DNA of 62,044 bases, counting the filler, from Bipalium vagum (Eukaryota): the NCBI GenBank assembly GCA_037834085.1. It is 3 parts of 3 records of this genome, joined end to end, with 100 filler letters (N's around TTAATTAATTAA, not from the genome) between each part and the next. Parts side by side here need not be neighbours in the genome. Positions count along the whole stretch, not along the records: positions 24,187 to 40,284 come from JBBMKC010127262.1; positions 40,385 to 62,044 come from JBBMKC010233834.1; 1 more part is not named here. One strand, written 5' to 3'. The translations under genes were made by a program, and so were the position numbers. A model generated the notes under the pieces. That model saw only the letters and a program-made list of their open reading frames with translations, was not told where the DNA came from and made no database searches. Of the stretch, positions 39,972-51,118 are shown piece after piece. Each line of letters starts with the position of its first letter. Position 1 is the first letter of the stretch.

Positions 39972-40284
39972 TTGGGTTGGCAACTAAGTTTGTGCGCTTT
40001 TTAATACAAAAATTTTTCAAACTAATATATTAAAATTATCTTATTTCGATTGTTGTTTTAATAATTAAATCTTGTTAGCGGAGATTGAATTTACAATATG
40101 GATGATTAAAATATGCATTTTCGCCATATCTTGCTATATTATTTTAAGAAAGGTAAGTTATATATTATTTATTTAAATATTATATTATTCTCAAAAAGGA
40201 AAGCAAACCGCGGCGGTACATACAAAATTATGCAAAGTGTATGGAGTTGATGCCTTATCAAAACGCGTATGCCAAAAGTGGTTT
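39972..40284 (+). mobile_element. Mariner 5' end (mellifera-like), transposase start with putative 46-nt intron; cut by scaffold end
   Basis: TA + TIR TTGGGTTGGCAACTAAGTTTGTGCG; ATG at 40098, MDD*NMHFRHILLYYFKKG|KQTAAVHTKLCKVYGVDALSKRVCQKWF after removing 40153-40198. Confidence 0.88.
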
Positions 40285-40384
40285 NNNNNNNNNNNNNNNN
40301 NNNNNNNNNNNNNNNNNNNNNNNNNNNNTTAATTAATTAANNNNNNNNNNNNNNNNNNNNNNNNNNNNNNNNNNNNNNNNNNNN
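40285..40384. other. Artificial scaffold-joining linker
   Basis: Identical 44 N + TTAATTAATTAA + 44 N layout. Confidence 0.97.
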
Positions 40385-40457
40385 GTTAATATCACGACCC
40401 GGTTAATATCATGACTTTTTCTGTAACGGACGCCGTGATATTAAGCGGGTTGCACTG
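40385..40457. mobile_element. pogo/Tigger-like MITE end
   Basis: Repeated GTTAATATCA(C/T)GAC, inverted GTGATATTAA, terminal GCGGGTTGCACTG + TA at scaffold start. Confidence 0.6.
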
Positions 40458-42779
40458 TATTTTATCAAATTAAAGCATTCCCGAAAATCTTATTTCATCT
40501 GATTGCGTATGGATCTCTCCTTTCGACAGTAAATCCTGGTGAATCAAATGGATTTTTTTGGAAACATACATCTGAAGTGTAACCTAGGGTTTATAGTTCT
40601 TATCGATTGTCACAATATAAATAAAATCAATTGTTTCATTTGATAAATGCAGAATCTTTAACAATTTGTCTTTGTTAATGAGTACTATTCAATGTATATC
40701 GAACCTTCGTGACAATTTAATACTATCTACATTTCTCATTTTCCTGCCGCTAAAACATTATCAGACAAAGTAAGGTTAAGTTCAATTACATAGATCGTGA
40801 AAATATATAAATATCTGGAAGTTGATTTATATCTTAAAAGGCATTGTCAGTTACAAATTCTGTATAATTCATTCAGCTAGGACTGACAGGGATCAGATAA
40901 AAACTCGAATATCCTTTAAAAATAAGCTTTATCGACGTACTCGCGTAACTCGTTAAATCTCAGTATCAGCTCATCTTTCGGAATGATAACTGATTAGGTT
41001 TAGTAATGTGACATTTATATTGTATAAACAAGAGGCTTATTTTTATCTGATATTCCTCTGAAGAAGCATCACCACCATTGCTTTCTTAATACAAAAAGCA
41101 AAACAAGAACTATTTTAAAAGGTATAATGAAAGAGAAAAATAAATAATTCCGGGAAATTAATTATTCATCATATTATGTATATGTATAATAACCAAATTC
41201 AGATTAGTCAACCCTTAATTTATATTAATATTTATAAGAAAATATTTTCAATAATAATATCTTTCATGTCTCCTTGTTTTGTTATCCATTACACTAGAAA
41301 TCCTGGTTCATTAAAATATCTTTCTTATTTTTATTATTCAAATGTTTTGTAGGCGCTTATTATCTTAAAACATAACCTTAAGGATTTCTTAACAAGTTAT
41401 CAACCACTGACGAGCTGAGATCTTCCTATCTTTATAAAATAAAGTCTTTGCCCTCTACATATATTTGAAATAAGTTTTCGAAAAAAATCATCATCAGAAT
41501 AAATCTATAAATATGTCAATGTTTATCAATATATTTCTTATTTTTAGAGATCTGTTTTAATATAAATGTCGTCACAACAAAATCAAGTAGAATGATAGCA
41601 AGCGCTTATTGATACCACATGAGAAATAATCAATTATTAAATATAATACCTTTGTACCTTTGAGTGTAATATATCTTGTACATATTTAATTTATTTTTTA
41701 TTCATCAAAAAGAAATAAAAATATTGAGGCAAAGACTTTATATATTTGTGATGTGGAAAAAAGTCTTTACACAATTCAAGATAAATTCAACAATTCAAGA
41801 TGCGAACAGCATTTCAACAATAATATTTAGAATTAAATAACCACAGTAATTGGTTTGGCAGCTAATACTTAATACCCCAGTTTACTTCTCCCTCACAAAC
41901 GTATTTTTCTATCAGAGTTAACTTAATGTGATTGCTGTAAATTAACACAATAATATTACATTTTAGTGATTCTCCCCTACTGTTATTGAACTTTTTCTTC
42001 GAAATAAATTTTAAGATAATTATTTCCATCGTCTGAAATATATTATAGTAAAATGTTACCTATTTTATCTTTAGACATCAACTCATTTAAACAAAATATT
42101 TTCTGATCAAAAAACCAAATTATGTTAAACCAAGTGTGGTCCGTTGTTTTGGTGAGTTAAGTAAAACGGAGTCTTATTTTCTATCTTATTTTAATTTTTC
42201 TTTTCTCTTTTCTCCTTTTACGACCATTCTTATGAAACTAATTAATTTTTAGATTTGATAGCTCATTTCATCTGATTTTATCGCTTGATCATCATCTTGA
42301 ATCTTGATCAGATCTTTCTCATTGTGATATTTTGTCATTATAAAAATCCTTTTATTGCAAACTTTCTCTTACTTAATTCAGGTAACTTTTTGTGAGATCA
42401 AGTCCCTTGTCAGACAGATCTCAGTTTATGCATTAATTAGTTTGAATTATTGTCTAAATTTTATCGTTTTAATTATTAAATATCATAATTATTTTTTTTA
42501 TTAATAATGATTGATAAAAAAATACTGAGAAATTATACGATTTCCTGTTCTAAATTGATTAAATAATAATTTATCTTGGTAAAATCTAAATTAAACATGC
42601 ACAAGAACTTTTGAAATTAACAGTAAATTTAAACAAATAAATTTATTAAATGTTTCATTAAATTTTTAAGTATTTTAATTAAAAGTTAATTTCTAAAAAA
42701 CATAAAAACGGTCACCAAATCGAAAATTCCTTCTTTTAATCTGGAAAACTAATAATGACATGTTCAGACTTCCAATGCT

Positions 42780-43193
42780 TCAGGATACACAACAATAATG
42801 CTGGAAGTTACTTCCTTCACCTTTTTCCTGAAAAAACCAAATTTCAAATATTGTCTCGAGCCAGTTCAATTTGACACCAATTATTTGATTGAGCTCAAGT
42901 TTTCGCATAATTGATTTGTTGATTTGAAAAATTAAAACAACTTAAATTGATTTCATTGATTTTATGTAAAGTGGTAACACATTTTAATAATTTCTTCATA
43001 TTTATAAACGTTAATGGAAATCGACAAATAAAACGAAATGAATTTTTTTCTATCACGATTATTTTTTAAAATAATTTATTTTACATAATATGAGTTATTA
43101 ATATTTTTAAAAGGTTTTCTCTTTTTTTTATAACGATGCAACTGTCCACAAAGTAAAAGTGGAAAATCTGTAACATGTGGGTTAAACTCTTCA
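42780..43193 (-). CDS. Putative last two exons of an unknown gene (43193-43085, 42827-42780)
   Basis: tttacag| and ttttcag| acceptors, phase-0 donor gtaaaa; EEFNPHVTDFPLLLCGQLHRYKKKRKPFKNINNSYY|EKGEGSNFQHYCCVS*. Confidence 0.35.
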
Positions 43194-44379
43194 CTGTAAA
43201 AAGTTCACAGGAATAATATTCAAAGTAAATATTATTTTGATATTTCTCACACATCCTAAAACAGTGCATACACCGAATGAGGTTCTATTTACATTTATGT
43301 AAGCATTTCTTTCCTATTTAATATTTCATTAGGGAAACCAAAGTTAGAAATAATAACACATAACACTAAAAATGATAAATAACATCATAAGCCTCTAATA
43401 ATAATTATAATTATAATGATAATTATTAAGTCATTAAGTCATTAATTTCGAGCTTTCTAATCAAATATGATACTCAGTGCGTTATTAGCAAAGTATAATT
43501 CTATTCAGTGATTTGCATTCAAAAAGGACCCGAAGAGAAATGAAAATAATTTCGAGGCTTTGATTATAACATCAGAAGATAATAATGTCTGAGGATCATT
43601 CTCCTCATTTACAAAATCAAAGAAGGTCGACGCAAGTCTCAGTCTAAACATACTTGTCTAAATAGAATTGACTTAAATAACTAAATTGAAAATCCTAACT
43701 GGAGGATTAAGTTTCCCATTATAATTATCACGGTTTTCCATCATAATATAATTTATTATATTATTATTTTTCTCAAGGAAAATATATTAAATAATGTGAT
43801 TGAAAGTTATGAATATTATTATTATTATGATTATATTTTCAAAAAATTATACTTATTTTTAATTGGTTTAAAAGTAAAAAGAAATAAAATTATTGAAAAA
43901 ATTATTATAAAGAATTGATTTTTAATTATTAGGAAAAATAAAGAAAATAATAAAAAATTAATAAAAAAATTATAGTTTTTTTAAAAAAATTGTTTAAATC
44001 AAAAACATAATTTTAAAATAATTACTCAAAAAAAATTTAATTATTCTTTTAGAAATCTTATGTTTATTATTTTATTAAAATTGCTTTTAAAATATTATGA
44101 AAAATACTAATATACACTATTAAACATATTTAAAAATGTTTTTAAAGGTACATATTGATGTAGTTTATTTATCGATATTTTTCAGGGGTTTATATAAATA
44201 AATAAAACATTTATTAATAAAAAAATAATTAATTATTAAAATGAAAAAGATTATTGTCATATTAAGTCTCGGCATGTATTTATGTTCAATCCAAAAGCAT
44301 AATGTTTTTAAAAATATATTTCCTGTGAGACCTCAGTTCCCAAAATTGAAATCATCATATTAAAACCGTCTCAGATAAT

Positions 44380-44859
44380 ATTTCCAATTCTCTTATAATA
44401 GTAAAACAAATTTCATTCCATTTTTAGTGAATTACGTCATTTGTTGAGTAAAAAACTTGCATCATATTTTGCCGTCAATCCTGATCATTATTTGATTATG
44501 GATAATGTTAAATTTCACCACTCAAATTACGTAAAAGAAAAGCTCGGAGAATTAAAAATAAGCTATGATTATTTACCACCGTACTCTTCTCAATTGGATT
44601 CAATTGAAGAGTTTTTTATCTATGGTTAAAACCAGATATAGCAGTGTCAAGAATCAAAATCAGGAATGACTATAGAACAAGTTTTGGAGACTTTATTTTG
44701 GAGTAATGATTATAGTTCGCAATGTAGCGTATCTGTACTTCAATGGCTCCTTAGATGGAAAAGGCTCGTCAAAAATAAATTTTTATTTAATAAATGTATA
44801 TATTGTATTTTTCTAAAAATTTGTAAAAAAATAGACACTTATTAAATTGAATAACACTG
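44380..44859 (+). mobile_element. Tc1/IS630-type (DD34E) transposase 3' relic with right TIR
   Basis: LIMDNVKFHH...YLPPYSSQLDSIEEFF; terminal ...AATTGAATAACACTG followed by TA. Confidence 0.8.
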
Positions 44860-46489
44860 TATTATGTTTGTTTCAACTCATCACGAATATCGGTCACCTT
44901 TTGTTTTAATAATTATAATATTATTTTTCTGTACACTGTAGATTAACATTCATAATCTTCATTCTGTTTAAAAGAAATCTGAAGATCTCAAAGTATGCGA
45001 TAAATAACCAAATTTGGACAATGAAGCTTCAGATTTCTTTTCTTTGCAACAACCAAAATAAACTTCATTTAAAAAGTCTTCGAACTAGTTAACAATATAT
45101 GTTCTTTCATTTCTCAAGAAATTATATTAAGATTGAAACTCAGCAATCTCATAAAACAGTGAATACTGACTGACCTTTATGAGCAGTCAGTTGAGCAGGA
45201 TTGGATAAAAATTGTGTAAACATGATCATTGTAAAATCGATTGATAAGCTTGGTGAATTGCTTGTTTACAAAGGTTTATTTATATATATAACCAAGACCC
45301 TGTACCCAATTTGGGCATTCCTTCAATATCTAAGATTCTATAAACTGCATATATCGCTAACAGCTAGATATCTTGAATTCAACACCTAAATATATATATA
45401 GAGACTCATCTAGTAGAAGCAGCCTCGTCCGTGAGCATTTAATGAAGAAAAGCACAACTTAAATCTCCATACAAGGGAAAGTACTACAGATTCACCCAAT
45501 AGATGCGAAATCATTGTACTACTGGCAGCTTTGAAAGTTAAAAGGAGTAAAGGGCGCCGATTTTAGGGATCACGAAACCCGCTTACTACTATATAAAATA
45601 ACACATTATTTTCTTTAGTTAAGAATACCTCTTTGACCTTTTAAGCATGTCATTGAGAAAAATCATTTACAAGAGATTTGTTACAAAAAGTGTGAGACAA
45701 TGTAATTAAAATTCATGAACTAAATGACTGAATGCTCAAAAGGACACCCATTACTTTTATTAACATTTTCCACTTTATCTTGAATATTTTCAGTCACTTT
45801 GGTGAAACAAAATTTTAAATATTTTAAAAACGGAGGTAATTTTGGAGGAAAGGATTTTCTTAATTAAAGATTACCGTATGATAAATGAAAAATATTTTAT
45901 TTTTTTTGATCGGTTGGTTCAGGATATTAAAATTACAAGATAATCTTTGAAATGAGCATATTTCGTTCAGAAGGTAAATTTTGCTAATACGCACATTGTG
46001 GTGATTACTTTGAAAATGAACCCCTTCCCATCTCATGTAAGAATAAACTTAGATTTAAGTCCAGAATTAATGATTGAATTTCAATGGAAGATCCCCACTG
46101 ATTCAGTGATTACTTAATTTAAGCCGTAATTATTTTAATTGAAATGATTACCATGCTTCAAGGGACAAGCGGAATACTTGAAATATGTAGATTTATTTTC
46201 CATTTGATCATCTATGTTATTGTTTTTACATTAAGTCACATATTATATTCAATTCTCAATCGCTGTTTCATGAAAGAGAAGATATACATGTTTTAAATCT
46301 TGATATGAAGGCGTTTGAATACTTCAGCGGGACTTCATTGTCAAAACTGTCAATATCATATTTTTTAATATAACATTAGATTGGTATGAAAATAATTGGG
46401 TTTTTAACCGACAAGTGTATTATTAACATTTCAGAAGAAGCTTATTCAAAATATGAAAATCTAGAATCTTTTTTTCTTCTCTCTTTTCT

Positions 46490-46660
46490 CTTGTAAGCAA
46501 TGAGAATGCAGACAAGTGATAGTCAGTAGGCGACATATTCGATTTGTATGCTGGATGACGTAAACTTTATATCCCACACCATTCCGCTTCTGTGGAATTT
46601 GTTTTTCAAAGTGTAACTGGACATTATTATGGTCACTAACATATAAACATATGGCCAAAG
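46490..46660 (-). mobile_element. Mariner catalytic-domain relic
   Basis: HNNVQLH...QK then LRHPAYKSNMSPTDYHL, a degenerate HPPYSPDLAPTDYHLF. Confidence 0.6.
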
Positions 46661-46814
46661 GTATCATAAAAACTGAGAGCAAAATTGAATGACAGAATAT
46701 TACTAATAATAGACATTAGCAACAGCAAAAATTCGAACACATCTATTATATGAATTTAATTTAAAGTATTGAAGGTTTCACTCAATATTTGCAAAGCATT
46801 AATAATGAAATGAC

Positions 46815-47008
46815 TTTTGTTGGGCCAAACGAAAAAATGAAAAATCTAAGAAATTCTGGAAGGATGGAATATTATAATTTCCTGATAGATGGAAAAAGGT
46901 TGCGGAACAAAATGGAACATATGTATTTTAATAAATAAACTTAAAATTGCATTGTCTTACTTTTTAATTTCTAATTAAAATTCGGAACGAACTTTCCGGA
47001 CAACCCAA
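46815..47008 (+). mobile_element. Mariner 3' end with right TIR
   Basis: KSKKFWKDGIL*FPDRWKKVAEQNGTYVF*; TIR ...GAACTTTCCGGACAACCCAA + TA. Confidence 0.8.
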
Positions 47009-48448
47009 TAATATTCATTAAACCCATTATCGTGTTTAATCCGGAACAATCAACTTGTGCACTTACAGAGATATTTTGGGTTGACAATGACACTGTTTGT
47101 GATCATATTTGAGAAATTGATAACTAGAGGCTTCAAAACTAATTAAGACATCAATTAAGTGCAAAAGTCAGAGCTTATCCATTTAATATTTACTGTTAAG
47201 TAATAGAGATGAGGCTCTACTTAAAAAATTAATTCTCGTGACGATATCTTCTGACATTATCAAACGTTTTGGTAAAAATGTGGACAACGATTCTCACCCA
47301 ACCACAGTTTCAAAGCAGATACTTATTCCGATCATTGACGTGATGAAAGTTAATGATATTTATTATTTCAAATACGAAACATCGATCTGATCATAATGAC
47401 CACAGGACAGTGACTAATGAGTTCTTTCCTTTTTATCAGAGGATTTATTATTTATTTTAAATTAACGATTTTCTTTTTCAACAATTTTTCAATATTTCTT
47501 TTATCCTCAGAAATAAAAGCTGTTTTCAGGAAAATCATTTTTTATTTATGAGAATATTTTTGGTTATATTGGTTCTAGGTAACACTATCGTTTGTCTTGT
47601 ATAATTATGTATTAATATTGCTTGTATTATACAGAAACGGAACCATTTGATATTAACCATTTAAATTCTTTAAACGACAGTACCGTTTTTTGTAAAATTC
47701 TAGTTGATTAAAATTACTATGATTATTTTTTATTTTTAAATTAATACTGTTAATTAATTAGAGAACAATTCATTCAGAAAATTCATTGGTTTTGCTTTCA
47801 GTTTGAATATTAATCTCTAGTTTCCCTTCTTTTATTAATAATGACTCATCTTTCGTTCATCGTTATCATTGAAATTGTTCATAAATACTTCGAATTCTTC
47901 TGTGCTAACTTTACTTTAAACATACTCTCTGTCAAGTTGCAAAGAATTAGGAAAACTTTAGTAATTATTCACTTATTATTGAAAATAGATAAAATATAAC
48001 AAATGATCAATAATGAAATATTGCCCAATATTCTTACTGGACGTTTCCTTTCACTTTATTAAACCTTTTATGAAAAAAATAATATTCCTTTCCAAAATAT
48101 GTACTCCCGCAGTGTAACCATTCAACCAATAAATGATACTGTATAAAGATTAATATCTATTGATTTTTTTAATAATATTTACTCTTTCCATATTAAGCCA
48201 ATTTTTGCTTTAATCAATATTTTTAAATATTAATAAAGAGGAATAAACTTTAATAAAGAGAATAGACGATAAATAACTCTAAAATATTTTATCCCGTAAT
48301 GTGAGATTAGAGAGGGAAAAATTGACCGTAAATAAATCAAGATATTTTTAGAATATTTATTTATATTTTCCAGAAAGTGGAAGTGTATAACTCTATAATA
48401 AAATTTTCAGATTTGATAATAATATTTGTGTCTGTTTTGCAAAATTTT

Positions 48449-49010
48449 CGCTCGTAAATCACAAGTCCTCTCTTCATAATGTTGTGTTCGTTTTCCTGTG
48501 GTAGGTGCAAAAATAAAACCATAATTGAATCAAACCAATTACAATAAAACTATTGATAATCACAAATCACACAAGAATCCAAATTTATCTAAAAATCACG
48601 AACCCACTGATCCATGTCAAAAAATATAATAAAAAGTCAATTTCCTTTATATCAAACGAAAAAAAAGTAATAATAAATTATGGGGATAAATAAACACCTT
48701 AAAAATTTTTGAAAAATAATCACAAAAAAGAAAAAAAACGATACAAACTCACCAGGATCGACAAGGGGTTCCAGAGTTTTCCACTAGGCCCTTTTCTGGT
48801 CACCTATGGATTGCAAAACCCGCTGGTTCCCCTTGTTAAATCCGTTTGCTTTCTCATCATAGTTAACGAACAGAATTGAAATTACTGGAACAAGAATTTT
48901 CCAAAAGTGTTTTCGTCCAAAAATTGTCTCAAACTTAAAGAAAAAATCTTTAAAAAAAAAATCCCGACGACTGGACGCATCTCGAAATTATTCCAAGTAT
49001 CCGCATATGT
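48449..49010 (-). repeat. Unclassified non-coding repeat, copy B
   Basis: GGATTTAACAAGGGG...CCCCTTGTCGATCCTG|GTGAGT homologous to 27743-27818; second shared block 48449-48495. Confidence 0.55.
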
Positions 49011-49519
49011 CAAAATCTCGACCTGTTTTTTAAAAATCCGAAAATCTTTAACAGAACAATATATATTTAATAGAAAAGTTTTTGGATTTCCTCATAGTTA
49101 GCTGCCAAAAGGGTTTCTAAATTTAAATTCAATAAACAACGAAACACAGTCCCAAGTCTATTTTACATACAAATCAGATTATTTAAACAAAATAATTAAA
49201 TTATTCCAATAATTAAGATTTTTCTTAAACAGTTTGTGTTTCTTTAACTTAACTTTACTGTTCACCGAACCAAATATTCTGATGCGTTTGACTTTAAGCT
49301 TCATGTCCACGAAGGTGCTTTTTCACGTATTCGAACTCCGTAGACTGCTTCAGATTTATAATTTTATTTTTAATACTTTAGACAAAAATTTCGGGAGAGA
49401 ATTATTATTCGGAAATCTTTTACCAAAATCCTTATTTCTGAACGCAGGCCTGTCCAACAAATTTATATCTTGAGAGTAAAGAGATTGCTAAAGAATTTTA
49501 ATCCTTTGTTTTTCACAGA

Positions 49520-49760
49520 TAATCTGTGTTATAGCAGTCATATGAGGACGAGCATTATCACACACAATCTCTAAATGTTCAACCTTTATATCAAAGATGT
49601 TCAGAAGTAATAGATTGATTACGATCTAAAATCTGAAAACGAACAAAGCACCACAATATTGCAGTCAACGATTATATGAAACATCATGTCTGATATTGTT
49701 CTTATGGCAAATGTTAAGTGGTCAATGTTTGCAGCCATCAATATGAATTATCCTCTCAAT
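49520..49760 (+). mobile_element. Non-LTR reverse transcriptase relic
   Basis: FNLYIKD ... DIVLMAN spaced like the LSPxLFNLYI and YADD motifs. Confidence 0.42.
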
Positions 49761-51052
49761 AAATCTATTTTACTTCAACAACCACATTGCATTTTCATCA
49801 GATCTTTGAAACAATCTTCTACTCTGAATTTTCCAAATTTTTAAAAAACGCTGTTTTCTTTTGAAATACCTGTATACTTAAAAGACCTTATCGTTGAATG
49901 ATATAAAATAGAAGAGATGAACCTACCAAATTGCTCTAAAACACAGCACTGGGAAATTTATTTGTGGTTAGATGGATCAATATCCAAGCTTTGCAGTCAC
50001 AAAATGTACAAATAAAATTGTAATTGTAACAATAGTTTTTACTGGTGTTGCCATATCCATACAATATATACTCTTGTGTCATTCAAAGGATTACATCTTT
50101 GCTTACGAATCGTCATTCACCAAGTTTCTTTTCCCTCAAACACTTCATTTGAGTTGTTCTTCTATGCCCATTGAGATAAGCAAACATTTTTATTCTGTCA
50201 AGGCATTCCGTAACCGTAGAAATAGAAAAGCTTTTTATCTCAATTGAAAATCTCTTCTGTCTTAAAATTAACTAGAAAAATTAAGTCACATTTTCCGGTT
50301 TAATGTTCTTGTGTGAGAATTAAAGGAAAAAGAATTGAAATGAAGGAAAATAATTATGATTATTATTCTCGTGAGATATTTTCGAGAATAATTAGATTCT
50401 CTGCACAAATTCCCACTACAATAGATAAAGGAATAATAAGATTTCTTACATTTTCCTTTTATTTTATTTTATTTATAAATAATAAACCAGATTTTCAACA
50501 TGGAAATAATGAATAAGAAAAAGAAATACTTTGAGCATGAATCTTATGCTTTTTCATTATCATAAACGTATAATGCGTATGGAGCGCAAAAGGAATAATC
50601 GATATATTTTTCTCCCATTATTTTCAAATTATTTTCCTTCTTATCTTCCTTTCTTCACAGACAAATAATTGTAAAAACAATATGGAACGATAAAGAAATA
50701 CGTTAATTAAATAATATTTAATTAATCCACTGTTTGTTCGGCCATTATCAATCATTAATAGTAATATTCGATTAATTCGAGCGAAATCACTCCCAAAATT
50801 AATCAACCGATCTCATATTATATATTTACGTATATTATTTGAAAATCGCTTCGAAACCGAAAAATAATGCTTGTAACGAAATATATTTTTTATTTAATAT
50901 TATCAGATTAGATTTAGATGGGCTGATAAAAAAATCAATAAATTTCCATTGAACCGTGAAATAAATATCACACTGTATCATCTATTAAGGCAAAGAAATT
51001 ATATAAAATTAATAGAGAGAAAAAAAAATTATTTATTTTTCCTAACGTTCAG

Positions 51053-51118
51053 GTCCTGGACATTCGCATTATTCTGGGCAATTTCCATCCAAAATACAAT
51101 GAATACGTCTTTTGTAAG
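51053..51118 (+). other. Isolated 66-nt exon candidate
   Basis: cctaac branch-like motif, ttcag| acceptor, AAG|gtaagt donor; two frames open. Confidence 0.4.
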
